Origin: Squalus acanthias | Taxonomy: Eukaryota | Length of the DNA: 64,000 nucleotides | Assembly: GCA_030390025.1 (NCBI GenBank) | Contig: CM059432.1 | Span: 73,224,001-73,288,000, forward strand | Direction of reading: 5' to 3' | Shown: one piece after another, positions 12,600 through 26,494 of the stretch | Layout: every line of letters starts with the position of its first letter | How positions within the stretch are numbered: position 1 is the stretch's first letter | Made by a program: the position numbers and the translations under genes | The notes under the pieces: model-generated | Database searches by the model: none | Told to the model about the DNA's origin: nothing | What the model saw: the letters and a program-made list of their open reading frames with translations, nothing else

Positions 12600-14929
12600 C
12601 CCCCTCTTTTCCATTTCTCTCTATCCCTCCCTGACTGCTCTCTCCTGTCGTCATGCCTCCTTTCATCTCGGCTCTCTCGGGTACTCTGCCCTCCGAAATC
12701 CCTGCCACAATCCTTCATTACTCTTCAACCTTCCTACTCTCCTGCTGCCGTCCCAGGCTTGACTCCCTTTTAGATAAGCCTACAGCTTCCCTCTGGGCCT
12801 CTCTTGGCATCCTACGAAGGGCCCATCGAGGCAATCGTCGCTGCCTCCTTAGGAGCAGCAATCCCATCTGTCCCATCCTACTCTCTCTCGCCGACCTTCT
12901 TGCCCAACGCACCCACTGGGGGCAAATCTTCCCATCTTCTCCCCATCCAACTCATCCCTCCTCCCACCCCCATTCCCAGCGCTGACCCTGTGGACGCTGC
13001 CACATCTCCCTCCAGAATGTCCATTCACTTGCGAACAAGGCCCTTGCCATCCATGAGCTTATCGTGGATGATTGCAACAACATCAGGACCCTGACGGAAA
13101 CTTGGTTGAGGGGTGTTGACACCTTACCCTTAAATGAAGCCTCCCCGCCTGGCTATACCTTCCACCACTTGCCCCGCTCAGACCGCCGTGGTGGCGGTGT
13201 GGCTCTCATCACCAAATCACACCTTGGTCTGACCCCCTACTCCTCTAGGCACTTTCTCCTCTTTTGAGCATCTCGCCTTGTTCCACCCCTCTCACCTCTC
13301 ATTTAAAATTCTCGGTCTCTACCGCCCACCCAAGTACCATAAAAATGTTATTACCGAGCTATCTTCACTGCTCTCCTCCCTCAGCCTCTGCACTGAACGA
13401 CTTCTCATCCTCGGTGATTTCAACCTCCATCTCAATTCATCAGGCTTTCTCTCCTGTGTGTTCACTAGCCTCCTATCCTCCCTTAATCTTGCCCTCCATG
13501 TAAACTCCCCAACCTATATTCACGGCCACTCCCTCAACCTTGCCATCTCTCGTGGCCTTGCTACTTCCATCGTGTCAATCGCAAATAAGGCCAACTCTGA
13601 CCACTTCCTCGTATCACTCTCCACTCACATCCCCCTTCCACCCTCCCCCAACCCTATTTCCTTCTGTGTCCACCCCTGGAAAAAACTCTCTCCCAACTCT
13701 CTTACAACTGCACGTATGAAATCCCAATGGTCCAGCCTTTGGCCCTCCATTCACCATGACATTTCTGCAGCTACCAATCTGCTCAACCACACCCTCACCA
13801 CCACCTTTGATGCCCGAGTCCCTATTAAAACAATTACTCTCTCTCACCCTGGCCGTTCCCCGTGGTACGGCCCTCCAAGGGATGCAGACTTGAACGGATA
13901 TGGCGGGCAACTGGTTTAGCCATTCACCGCCACATCTGGCTGGACCACATAAAGCATTATCGGGTCCTGCTCTCGTCTGCCAAAATTTCTCACTATTCCA
14001 GAATCATTCTGGAATGCAAACTTCCTCTAAGGTTCCCCCCTGCCCTAGCGCTGAACTCACATCTTTCTCCAGTTTCTCTCCGATCACCCCTCATGACCTC
14101 TCCGCGCTCATCTTGTCCATGAGACCCACTTCCTGCTCCCTCGACCCTATTCCCACCAAACTGCTGACCACCCAACTTCCTTTTCTGGCTCCCATGTTAG
14201 CTGACATTGTTAACAGTTCTCTCTCCTCAGGTACTGTCCCCCTCTCCCTCAAATCTGCCGTCATCACCCCTCTCCTCAAAAAACCGAGCCCTTAACCTCT
14301 CCGTCCTTGCAAACTACCGCCCCATCTCCAACCTCCCTTTCCTCAAGTCCTTGAATGTGTTGTCGCCTTCCAAATCCGTGCCCATCTTTCCCGCAACTCC
14401 ATGTTTGAATCCCTCCAATCAGGTTTCCGCCCTTGCCACAGTACCGAAACGGCTCTCATCAAAGTCACAAATGACATCCTTTGTGACTATGACAAAGGTA
14501 AACTATCCCTCCTCGTCCTTCTTGACTTGTCTGCAGCCTTTGACACGGTTGACCACTCCATCCTTCTCCAACGCCTCTCCACCATCGTCCAGCTGGGTGG
14601 GACTGCACTCGCCTGGTTCCATTCTTATCTATCTAATCGTAACCAGAGAATCACCTGCAATGGCTTCTCTTCCCACTCCCGCATCGTTACCTCTGGTGTC
14701 CCCCAAGGATCTATCCTTGGCCCCCTCCAATTTCCCATCTACATGTTGCCCCTTGATGACATCATCTGAAAACACAGCGTCAGTTTCCACATGTACGCTG
14801 ACGACACCCAGCTGTACCTCACTACCACTTCTCACAACCCCTCCACGGTCTCTAAATTGTCAGAATGCTTGTCCGACATCCAGTTCTGGATGAGCAGAAA
14901 TTTTCTCCAATTAAATATTGGGAAGACCA
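12600..14929 (+). mobile_element. L2 LINE ORF2 (APE endonuclease + RT), frameshifted and 3'-truncated
   Basis: LTETWL, ILGDFNLH, SDHFLV, LLDLSAAFDTVDH, GVPQGSILGP and YADDTQLY motifs. Confidence 0.92.
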
Positions 14930-15220
14930 AATGGCCGCCCGGCACCTTCCCTTTAATTTGCGCCGCCCTGGCCGCAGGTAGGTCCCCCTGACCCTGTCGG
15001 ACATAGCGTCCGGCGGTAAGTCAGGGGGCGCTACCGAAGAGCGCAGCCGGGGCGCGAGCGGGGCGCTGCGCACAGCGATGCAGTCATTGCTGGAGCGGGC
15101 CGCTGACGGTTACCACCGCGGCTAACCTCCCGCTGAATTTCGCGGGAGGCGTTAGCCGCGCCCTGCCCAGGCGCTAAGAGGGCGCTAACGGGAGTCACAA
15201 ATCAACCAAATTTTCCCCCC
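14930..15220. mobile_element. Harbinger end fragment related to the terminus of 24409-27971
   Basis: GGCGCTAA subterminal repeats and terminal AACCAAATTTTCCCCCC. It abuts the truncated L2 directly. Confidence 0.65.
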
Positions 15221-15224
15221 AATA

Positions 15225-16337
15225 TGTTCCAGTGATGTTGATTTGAAGGATAAATATTGGCCAGGACACCAGGGATAACTCTCCTGCTATTCTTCAAAAT
15301 AGTGCCATAGGATCTTTTACATCCACCTGAGAGAGCAGAAGGGGCCTTGGTTTAACGACTCATCTGAAAGATGGCACCTCCAACACTGCAGCACTCCCTC
15401 AGTACTGCACTGGAATGTCAGCCTAGATTTTTGGGTGCGATCTTGCCAGCCCTGGAGAGATGGGTATGGAGGCGGGACTGCCGGGAAAATGGCAGAATTT
15501 GGCACCCGCCCCCATGCCATCTTCCCAAGAAGCGGGTAGCCGTCCCGCGCCGGGTCCCGTCTCCTTGGAGGCGGGAAGGGATTAAAGCCTATTAACTGTC
15601 TGTTAACAGGTAGTTAACGGCAGAAAATAGGATTATCCCCTTTTTGCCCTCACAAGTGCGGGCTTCCCAAAGGCTCCAAAACACACCAGCTCAGCGAGGA
15701 GAGTACTGGGTCTGCAGGGGGGGGGGGGTGCAAAAGTGTGGTGTGAGGTAAGTGATGGGTGCAAGAGTGTAGAGGTGAGTATCTGAAGTAAGTGCAAAGT
15801 GTTTTTAAAAGTGTACTTACATTTGTTTCTTCCTGCAGGCTTCAGTCGGTTTGTATGCGGAGAGTCTCGCACCTCCGCGTTGGGATTGACAGGTGGCCGT
15901 TGCATTCACAGATGCAACAACCATCTCAATTCTGTTAAGGAAAGAGGTTTGATGGGGTCTTGTATTCTAGACCTCATCAAACTGCAGAGAATGTCACTGT
16001 TTGACAGCTTCACAGAGCTGTCAAACGATGACAATTCATCTGTCAAAAATTTTTGACAGATGAAACGTCATACGTTGACGTGCTCTGCAACCGGCTTTCC
16101 CTTAATTGCCTGCTAAGCCCGTGGGCGGGCTTAACAAGGTCAATCAAGGGAAAATAGTGTGGGTTGGCCACAAATCGATGGAAGCGGGACATCGACCCGA
16201 CAAGCAGCAGTCCCGCCTCCAACGCGCCCCCAGTCACAAAATCGCCCCCTTTGTGCTCAAGTGACTGGACTGGGACTGTGAACCCACAACCTTCTGACTC
16301 CAAGGCGAGAATGCTACCCACTGAGCCATGGCTGACA
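15225..16337 (-). mobile_element. DeuSINE (5' half) split by MITE family A
   Basis: Reverse Deu domain at 15240-15432 and reverse tRNA-like head at 16253-16337. Confidence 0.8.
15433..16249. mobile_element. Harbinger-type MITE family A copy 2
   Basis: TIRs GGGTGCGATCTTG / CAAAATCGCCCCC and TSD TTT. Removing it restores the SINE sequence GCCTAGATTTTTGTGCTCAAG. Confidence 0.9.
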
Positions 16338-16419
16338 TGTTCTAAAGGCTTCAAGGTATGAATGCCTAAGGTCAGACTTCTGATTATAGTGCAATACAAA
16401 CTAAATATTACACTAATAA

Positions 16420-16797
16420 TGTGTTATGACACATTTCTAAAGGGATAGAATTGAAAAGCAGAAATGTTATGTCAAACTTGTATAGAACCTTGGTTAGACC
16501 ACACTGTGTACAGTTCTGGTCTCCATATTATAAAAAGGATATCGAGGCACTGGAGTAGGTGAAAAGAAGATTCACAAAGATGATACCAGAACTGAGAGGA
16601 TATACTTATCAGGAAAGGCTGAACAGGCTGCGGCTCTTTTCTCCAGAGGGTGACCAGATAAGAGGTCTTTACGATTATGAAAGGGTTTGACAAGGCAGAC
16701 TTAGAGAAAATGATTCCACTTGTGGGAGAGTCCAAAACGAGAGGTCATAAATAGAAGATAGTCACTAATAAATCCAACAGGAAGTTCAGGAGAAACA
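16420..16797 (+). mobile_element. CR1 3' fragment, followed by a Harbinger-type MITE end (to 17104)
   Basis: CR1 RT C-terminal DNA (TTGTATAGAACCTTGGTTAGACCACAC..). The downstream GC-rich segment ends AAATATCGGGGCC. Confidence 0.7.
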
Positions 16798-17715
16798 AGC
16801 TACAACCTCCACGATACCTCCCCCCCGTCCCGACCCGACCTCCATCTCAATGATTTCTCCCCCAACCTCCACAATTTCTACCCCGACAGCCAAAAATTCT
16901 CCCTCCCTCCTCTCCACACCCTGGCTGCGGCCTTCCAGCACAGGCCTTCCTGCCTGACGGCCAGCCAGCCTCTCAATTTGGCTGGCTGCCGGCCGAGATA
17001 CGGAAACATTTTTTAAATGAGGTCCTGCCGAATTTACCTCCGCGCTACCTGCATTTCCAGGCTTCCTGGCCGTTACCCCGCCCCTGCCCCCAAATATCGG
17101 GGCCTATGTAACTCAGAGAATATTGTATAAATTTGAACACGAGCTGCACATATTGGTAGTTTGGATATGGAGATCAGTGGGCTCTGCATGAGTTTCCATC
17201 CATTAATGTCACAAATTCACGCTCCTGGTGCAAAGATGAATTTGTAAAATCTACCCTAGAGTTTCTGTTTCAAGAAAAACATGCCATCACCTCCAGAACA
17301 TAGCAAGATGATACAAAGCCAATTTGAGGGCATTTAATGTTTCCACCACAGCAAGATCACAATGGCTATTTCTGAAAGATTATCTGCATGCAAGCTGCTT
17401 GAGCAGTCTTACTATACAGTTTCTTGGTTATAGTTTTTGATTTCAATAGATAATAAACAAGCCAGATCTAATTTAGCTTTGTCACAATGGATAATGCTTC
17501 ACAAGAAAAGGGAGAGGATCCACCTGCCAGATGAAGGTAGAACATGATCTCACTTGAATCAACATGACTATGATCTATTTTACCCATATGCTAGACCCTC
17601 AACGGATGGAATTAAGTGATTCTCAACTATGTAAGTGCTTCAAATAAACTACAGTCATCACTAAAATGAAGTCAATAGGAATCAAACTACCATAACCAGA
17701 CCCAAAGAAAATAAT

Positions 17716-18375
17716 GGCCCAGAAATTACTGGAAAATAATGGCGAGTTCACGGCAACCGCCATTAGCGTATAAAAAAATCCAGCAATGTGTGACGAGCAA
17801 GAGATACCCTATGAGTTGCGAATCGGCACAAATTGCTGGACGATTTGCACTGCTCCACCTTTAGCCTCGCAAAAACGGGAGTCAATTATGTCAATAAATT
17901 GCTCGATTTACGCCGTAAATACGAGTGAATCCCACCGCAGAAATTTAGGGCTGCTATTTCATGTCATAAGGACACTGTTAATGATGTGAATTATGGTTCT
18001 GACATGAAACTTAATCATCAACAACTGAAACTGTAGAGTCTCACTCCTGCAGGTAGTAAACTGTTCCTAGAGGTTTCTTAAATTTTTAATTTTTTTCTTA
18101 CTTTTACTTTCTGTATCTTTTTTCTCTCTCTCTCTTAATCCAATCTTTGTTGCCCTCTCGTTATTTCTCTTTCCATATCTAATTTGGTTCTAATTCAACC
18201 TATTTTCTTCTCCATCATTCTCTCTATTTCTTCCTCCATCCTTAAATTTCATTGGTTAAGGAGATATACCATTGGACCCGGCGTTCAGGAGGACGTCGCT
18301 GCGCTTTTATCAATACGCATTTCCAGCAATTTGTGGCGCAAAATTAATTGGAGCTGAAGGGTGATTGGGAAAAAA
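17716..18375. mobile_element. Decayed Harbinger-type non-autonomous element
   Basis: Begins GGCCCAGAAATT with a CpG-rich subterminal region. The right end is unclear. Confidence 0.4.
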
Positions 18376-18749
18376 ATTAATTTGCATAATTTAAAGAGCT
18401 GATTTTATTTATATCTATCCATGCTATTACACATTTGATTCGGGAAAAATACCGGTTCAATTATGAAATTCTAGAACGTGAAACATACAAAGCATTCACT
18501 GATGTGTGGTGTTAGCTCTGTAGCATTCAAGTCTTTGACGGTTCAAAAGCAAAAGCTCTAGAAGTTTTAAATTGACTCCTTTTTTATTCCAATACATCTG
18601 CAACAGCGTAACAATTTCCATAAAAAGTTGTTTTACAAATCTTGTAACATTTTAATGAGCAGATCAGTAGCTAACCAGTTATAGTGCTTGCTTCCTGGAC
18701 AGATTGCCAGGGGTTGAAACCCAAGGATCGCTTCTCAGTAAGAATCTGG

Positions 18750-18885
18750 AGGGTTAAATTTCAACCTCGGTGCAAAACAGGCAGGTGTGGATCGGCCACA
18801 TGTTATACACCTTGCCAGATTTTGCTTTCCATTGAAGATATTTTATCGCCTGTTTTAATCGCGCGCTAAAGTTTAATTTTACCCC
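18750..18885. mobile_element. Small MITE
   Basis: TIRs AGGGTTAAATT / AATTTTACCCC and TSD TGG. Confidence 0.55.
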
Positions 18886-19052
18886 TGGCTGTGTTCATGG
18901 AGAATTCAATAACCTGAACCTAGTCACTGTTCCACCTGATGCAATCCCCATAGGGGATACAATAAATAAACTTGAGCTTTAAGATTAAATAATTCCTTGG
19001 GTTTGTATTTTTTTGTGTGCTAGTTAAACTAATAGATCACTTGTTATGATTA

Positions 19053-22000
19053 GGGTACAGTAGCATAGTAGTTATGTTACTGGATTAGTAATCGAGATGA
19101 GCCGGAGACATGAGTTCAAATCCCACCCCGGCAGCTGGGGAATTTAAATTCAATTAATAAATCTGGAATAAAAAGCTAGTATCTGTAATGGTGACCATGA
19201 AACTACAGGATTGTCGTTCACTAAAGGAAATATGCCATCCTTACCTGGTCTGGCCTATCTTCAGACCCATAGCAATGTGGTTGACTCTTAACTGTCCTCT
19301 GAAATGGTCTAGCAAACCACTCAGTTGTACCAAACCGCAACGAAAAAGAATAAAACTGGACGGACCAGTCAACACGGCAAAGACCTCCTCACTAACATCT
19401 GGGGACTTGTGCCAAAATTGGCAGCACTGTCCCACAAACCAGTCAAGCAACAGCCTGACATAGTCATACTCACAGAATCATACCTTTCAACTAACATCCC
19501 AGACTCCTCCATCACCATCCCTGGTTATGGTGCCCAGGGTGGCGGCACAGTGGTATACAGTCGGAATGACCCTGGGAGTCTTCAACAGTGACTCCGGACC
19601 CCATGAAGCCTCATGGCATCAGGTCAAACATGGGCAAGGAAACCTCCTGCTGATTACCACCTACTGCTCTCCCTCAGCTGCTGAATCAGTGTTGAACACC
19701 ACTTGGAAGAAGCACTAAGGATAGCAAGGGCACAGAAAGTACTCTGGGTGGGGGACTTCAATGTCCATCACCAAGAGTGGCTCAGCAGCACCATTACTGA
19801 CCGAGCTGGCCGAGTCCTGAGGGACATAGCTGCCAGACTGGGCCTGCGACAGGTGGTGAGAGCACCAACACGAGGGAAAAACCTACTTGACCTCGTTCTC
19901 ACCAATCTACCTATCGCAGATGCATCGGTCCATGACAATATTGGTAGGAGTGACCACCGCAGAGTCTTTGTGGAAACAAAGTCCCATCTTCACACTGAGG
20001 ACACTCTCCATCGTATAGTGTGGCACTACCACCGTGCTAAATGGGATAGATTCAGAACAGATCTAGCAGCTCAAAACTGGGCATCCATGAGGCACTGTGG
20101 GCCCATCAGCAGCAGAACTGTATTCCACCACAATCTGTAACCACATGGCTCGGCATATCCCTCACTCTTCCATTACCATCAAGTCAGGGGACCAACCCCT
20201 GGTTGACTGAGTGTAGAAGAGCATGCCAGGAGCAGCACAAGGCGTACCTAAAAATGAAGTGCCAACCTGGTGAAGCTACAACACAAGACTACATACATGC
20301 TAAACAGCGGAAACAGAATGCTACTGACAGAGCTAAGCGATCCCACAACCAACGGATCAGATCAAAGCTCTGCAGTCCTGCCACATCCAGTCGTAAATGG
20401 TGGTGGACTATTAAACAACTATGGGGGAGGAGGAGGCTCCATGAACATCCCCATCCTCAATGATGGCAGAGCCCAGCATGTGAGTGCAAAAGCCAAGGCT
20501 GAAGCGTTTGCAACCATCTTCAGCCAGAAGTGCCGAGTGGCTGATCCAGTTCGGCCTCCTCCTGAGGTGCTCACTATCACAGAAGCCAGTCTTCAGTCAA
20601 TTCGATTCACTCCACGTGATATCAAGAAACGGCTGAGCACACTGGATACAGCAAAGGCTATGGGCCCCGACAATATCCTGGCTGCAGTGCTGAAGACTTG
20701 TGCTCCAGAACTAGCCGCACCTCTAGCCAAGCTGTTCTAGTACAGTTACAACACTGGCATCTACCCGACCATGTGAAAAATTGCTCAGGTATGTCCTGTC
20801 CACAAAAAGCAGTACAAATCCAATCTGGCCAATTACGGCCCCATCAGTCTACTCTCAATCATCAGCAAAGTGATGGAAGGTGTCATCTACAGTGCTATCA
20901 AGTGGCACTTACTCACCAATAACCAGTTTGGGTTCCACCAGGACCACTCGACTCCACACCTCATTACAGCATTGGTCCAAACATTGACAAAAGAGCTGAA
21001 TTCCAGAGGTGAAGTGAGAGTGATTGCCCTTGACATCAAGGCAGCATTTGACCGAGTGTGGCATCAAGGAACCCTAGTAAACTGAAGTCAATGGGAATCA
21101 GGGGAGAAAATTCTCCACTGGCTGGAGTCATACCTAGCACAAAGGAAGATGGTTGTGGTTGTTGGAGGCCAATCATCTCAGCCCCAGGACATCGCTGCAT
21201 GAGTTCCTCGGCAGTGTCCTTGGCCCAACCATCTTCAGCTGCTTCATCAATGATCTTCCCTCCATCATAAGGTCAGAAGTGGGGATGTTCGCTGATGATT
21301 GCACAGTGTTCAGTTCCATTCGCAACTCCCCAAATAACGAAGCAGTCCATGCCCACATGCAGCAAGACCTGGACGACATTCAGGGCTGATGTGTGGCACG
21401 AATGTTACTTGCCACCTAAGTGCCAGGCAATGACCATCTCCAACAAGAGAGAGTCTGACCACCACCCCTTGACATTCAATGGCATTACCATCACTGAATC
21501 TCCCACCATCAACATCCTAGGGGGTCACCATTGACCAGAAATTTAACTGGACCAGCTACAGATCACAGGCTGGGTATTCTGTGGCGAGTGTCTCACCTCT
21601 TGACTCCCCAAAGCCTTTCCACTCTCCACTTCCCTTGATGAGTGCAGCTCCAACAACACTTAATGAAGCTTGACACCATCCAGGACAAAGCAGCCCGCTT
21701 GATTGGCACCCCATCCACCACCTTAAACATTCACTCCCTCCACCACCGGTGCACCGTGTCTGCAGTGTGTACCATCTACAAGATGCACTGCAGCAACTCG
21801 CCACGGCTTCTTCGACAGCACCTCCCAAACCCACGACCTCTACCAACTAGAAGGACAAGGGCAGCAGGCACATGGGAACACCACGACCTTCAAGTTCCCC
21901 TCCAAGTCACACACCAGCCTGACTTGGAAATATATTGCCGTTTCTTCATCGTTGCTGGGTCAAAATCCTGGAACTCCCTCCCTAACAGCACTACGTGAAT

Positions 22001-22130
22001 AGCTTTACCACACAGACTGCAACGGTTCAAGAAGGCAGTTAACCACCACCTTCTCAAGGGCAATTATGGATGGGCAATAACTGCTAGCCTTGCCAGCGAT
22101 GCCCACATCCTATGAACGAATAAAGAAAAA
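19053..22130 (+). mobile_element. ~3.1-kb LINE (CR1/L2/Jockey group; APE+RT, decayed) with a tRNA-like 5' head
   Basis: A-box TAGCATAGTAG 19061-19071 and B-box GTTCAAATC 19114-19122. APE motifs (WVGDFNVH, LDLVLTN, SDH) and RT motifs (LDIKAAFDRVWH, FADD). A-rich tail. A second 3' end lies at 54352-54690. Confidence 0.88.
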
Positions 22131-23581
22131 CCTCAGATGGACTTTTTTAGAATGGATGGCCCTAATCAAAGTCACAAACGACATCCTATGTGACTGTGGT
22201 GCACTATCCTTCTTCATCTTGTCCGTAAGTAGTGAAGATGTTTACACAAAGCCTGACAAACAATAAGCAATTTGTCAGCTTGTCTCAGTAATTGATAAAC
22301 ACCTCACACCCATTGTGTTGGTAGGGCCCTGGTCCCATGCATTCAGCTGGGGCTGTCTGTCATACGCTTTCCTCTCTGGCTGTGAACAGGGGGAGATAAA
22401 TGTTGGGACAAGAACACTCACTGACATGTCACTTTTTTTTTTAAACAGAATGCTATGAGGGTAAGCATTCATTAGACTCAGAAGATTAGAATTCTGTTTA
22501 AGTCATGTAAGATAACACACTGATGTAGGGAAGCACAGCATGTTTATTATTTTGTATTATTGCATAATGACAAGTTATACTGATTGAACTAAGTGAATCT
22601 GACCATAACTCTTGCTTACTTGTTATTAAATAAAGTAGCTTAACAATTCATACCTAGTCTTATCTTACTGCGTGTTATTTCAATCAGCCTTCGAAAAGTC
22701 TGGATAGGTGCACACGGGGGCATGTGCAAAAGGCACAAAAACCCCATTCAGATCATGAGGGGGTACTATTATTACACCACTGGATTACGCTATCATATAG
22801 TTAAATATTGGGTATTACGGGCACACACCTCAATGTAAGATGTTCAGACCACTTACAGGAGTGATTGGCCACGATACATCCCCCTCCCTTCACCCTACCA
22901 TTGGCAGCTGGGACTTTAGCCACCCAGGCCCTACATTCTGGGATTTTCTCCCTAAATCCCTCTGCTTCCCTCTCATATTTTAAGACCCTCCTTAAAACTG
23001 ACCTCTTTGACCAAGCTTTTGGTCACCCCTCCTTCTTTGGCCTGATGTCGATTTACGCCTCTGAAGTGCTTTGGGGTGTTTTCCTACATTAAAGGTGCTA
23101 TATAAGTGCAAGTTGTTGTTGTGATTAGCACCTGGCCATGCCATCTTTCATTTCTCCCCCTCTAAGGTAAATGATCCCCTTCAATCCCTACTCCAACCAA
23201 TCACTACTCGTCTGCCTTCCTACTCTTCTGCTACCATCCCAGGCTTCAATCCCCCTAGAATAAGCCCATGGCTACCTGCTGTGGCGCTCTAGGCATTCCC
23301 CAATGAGACCATAAAGCACCAATCACTGTTTTCTTGCAAGCAACAATCCCGACTGTCCCATCCAACTCTCCGAACCTTCTCATTCAGTATGTCCACTAGG
23401 GGCTAAACTCACCAACCTCCTTCCTGACCTGCTCACCCCACCCACTACTGTATCCTTCAATAAATAATCACAGCAGATTAATAATCACTGCCCCTCTCTG
23501 CATTTGCCTCCATAAAGTCTATTCACTTGCAAACAAGGCACTTTCCATCCAGGACCTATTGTGGGGAATCATAGACATCTT

Positions 23582-24366
23582 GGGCTGGATTTTGTCTTGG
23601 GGTCATGTTACCCACATTTCGTGTTGCCCCCCCCGACTCCAGATTAATGTGGATGAATGATGCAATTTTCACTTAATTGGGTAATTGAGTTCCAGAATGT
23701 GGGAACCCATGAACCAATTAGTGGTTTCAGTCTGAAAGTCGCCTCTGATGATGTTATCATTGCAGGTGAGAGATTGACTGCCTGGTCTCAGAGATTGCCT
23801 GGCTTTTGGTGTGAGAGGACCTGGATGCAAAATGAGCAGCAGCTCTAAGGAGACAGAGAGAGAGAGAGAAGAGAAGAGAAAGAGAAAGAGAAGAGAAAGA
23901 GAAAGAGAAAGAGAAAGAGAGAGAGAGATATTTCCATCCAGGTTCTCTCACAGCAAAGGCCAGGCAGTCTCTGAAGACATTCAATGCAGCAGCATCAGAG
24001 GTGACTTTCAGACCTAATACTACTACTACCTTCATCACATCTCCGTTGTAATAGTGGACCTGCAGCTGATAGTCAGCTATCCAAATGTGCCACCGCCAGG
24101 TTTCACTGGCGTGTTTCACATCAGGCGTACTTCACGTCGGAAAAGGGTTAAACTAGCTAAAACGTTTCAAAATGGCATTACAGAGCCAATTTAGGGATAG
24201 TTAAGAGCGTTAATGGCCTCTTGGAGGCGGGACGGAGTCGGGAACCCCGCGATCGATTTTGTCAAAATTGCGTGGAGGCGTGTTGGAGTCGGGACCCCCG
24301 AATCTGCTACTTTAACCCTCCACACGCCTCCAAACCCGACTCCATGTGTCATTCAAAATCCAGCCC
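23582..24366. mobile_element. Harbinger-type MITE (785 bp) with internal GA-rich microsatellite
   Basis: Perfect 12-bp TIR GGGCTGGATTTT / AAAATCCAGCCC, TSD CTT, and a (GA/GAAAA)n tract at about 23849-23928. Confidence 0.88.
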
Positions 24367-24768
24367 CTTGGCTTTGACTGAAACTTGGCTCATTGGTGAA
24401 AATACCTTGGGGGGGGGGGGAATTCGGTATCGACCATATTTGGGTGCTAATATCGGCCGGGCGCAAAATTTAGCGTCCGGCACAAATTATCGCCAGCGAC
24501 CGCAAAATTCATCTCCAGCGCCCCTGGAGGTGATTGGAGCGCTAAATCAAGCGTTACACACCTGTCTTAGGGCACTAACGTCGGTGAACGGGGCGCTGCC
24601 TCAGAGCGCTACTCAAGCTCAGGTGCTGTCAATTACCTAGTCCTCAGACAGACTGGCGCCTTCCAGTTCTTAAAGGGGAGGGTGCATCATGCTGCACAGC
24701 CTCACCCTGATCATTGCTGCTTTTGACCTGGGCCTGCAAGGAGGTGCAAATCTTCAACAACGATTATC

Positions 24769-26460
24769 ATGGCTGCTCAGAGGCCCAGGGAGAGAGCTGG
24801 TTGGTTTAGCGACCAGGCATTGGAGGCCTGGTTGTGGCTGTGGAACGCCGACGGGCAGTGCTATTCCCAGACACTGGCAGGAGGCCAATGCCCCGGGAGT
24901 TCACAAGGGTGTGGAGGGAGGTGGCCCATTACATATCGTCCAGGAGCCTGGTCCAAAGGACTCACACGCAGTGCCGCAAGAAGTTCAGTGACCTCACTCG
25001 AGTGGTCAGGGTGAGTAGATGCTTGAAATACCTCTACATCCCATCACCTCAACCTCACTCTTTGCACAGACGATATAAAGTGCCAAATCCCCAACATTCA
25101 CCCAACAACTATGCCCATCTACTAAAAGTCACATCCACATCTCACACCTTGCAGACATTAACAGCTATTCAACTATGGTAGGCACATCTGCCAAACACAT
25201 GGCTGCACACTCACTCACACGCTGTCCTTTTTCTTGCAGGCCAAGCTTTCTCATAACAGGAGGGAGCAACAACGCACGGAAGGTGATCAGGCGATGCTAC
25301 ACCCCCTCACACAGCTGGAGGAGTGAGTGCAAAGAATAATCGCGAGCCATGTCGTGGGCGCTGTGGCAGTCAGTGAGCTCGACCCCCTTGGGGACAGCAA
25401 CGGTATGTTCATCATCTCTCTCTCCTCTCTCATACCACTTCCTCCTCACAACACGAGCCTTTCCCACTTTCCATCTAAGTACACTGTCTCCATTCCTTGC
25501 TCCCTTCCTGCCCCCCTGACTTCACGTTAAAGCCACTCTTGTGCCTTCCTGCTTTCAGATAGTGAGCTGCCATCTGAACAACCTGTCCCTCAGCCTCCCA
25601 GTAGCAGCGACGTGGGAGAGGAGGAGGAACACCAAGCCTGAGCCTCACTGCCTGCGTCTCCCGAGGGCAACACATCGGATACTGGGGCCAAGCGGTCACT
25701 GGAGGGGAGCAGAGGATTAGGTTCAGATGTGGGTGAAGCTCCGGGACCCAGCGGGCTGCAGCAACACCATGGGGAAAGGAAAGTTCAGGGGCCATCTCCC
25801 CAGAGGGTGAGTGCGCGCACGATTCCTGCTGCACAGGACTCGGATGAGGACCTCGATATCACGCCGATGAACACACAGGCGATGAGCATGCATACTGAGC
25901 TCATGGATGCAATGGCAAGGGTGCCCAAGAGCATGGATGCACTGGCTAGGAGCGTGGAGCGGTCATCTGTGCACAACCCTCGAGCCCATCCTTGCCTCGT
26001 TGCAGAGGATGGTTGACTTGCAGAGAGACCGTGGGGACCCAGACCCCATGCCGCATGTAATGGGTGAGGCGGCAGCATCTATTGCAGCACAGGCCGAGGC
26101 AACGCAACGGCTTAGTGCTGCAATCGAGTCATTGGCTGGTGCCATCCAATCTCAGACTGTTCTGATGCAGTCTCAGATTGATGCCACGCAAGCGCTGACT
26201 GCTGCCATCATAGCTGGGGCGACCACTGTCCACCGGGGATCTGATGGTGCCGCAGCAGGCAGCAATCTGTGCTCGAGCAGATTGCTCCGGATGCTGAGGT
26301 TCTGCCCTGGGGGAGTGGCAGTATGTTGGTCGAGCAAGAAGGTGCTGTCCTCTCTCAGGATAACAGCATTCCTGCTCCCACCACTGCCACTCCGCCATTG
26401 CTCTTGCCACAGCCTGTAACCCAGCCAGCCCAGACTGCTGCCTCTTCCTCTTCCTGAGGT
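24769..26460 (+). pseudogene. Harbinger Myb/SANT-like DNA-binding protein, 3 exons (24769-25010, 25240-25402, 25559-~26460)
   Basis: FSDQALEA..WREVA..RTHTQCRKKFSDL domain. GTGAGT donor at 25011, TTGCAG acceptor at 25239, GTATGT donor at 25403, TTTCAG acceptor at 25558. Frameshifts and stops are present. Confidence 0.82.
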
Positions 26461-26494
26461 GGTGCACCAATCCCTGGTGGCAATGGCTGGGTCC

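Noticed and set aside
23757..24119. RE-rich or SF-rich ORFs
   Set aside because: They are translations of a GA microsatellite inside a MITE.
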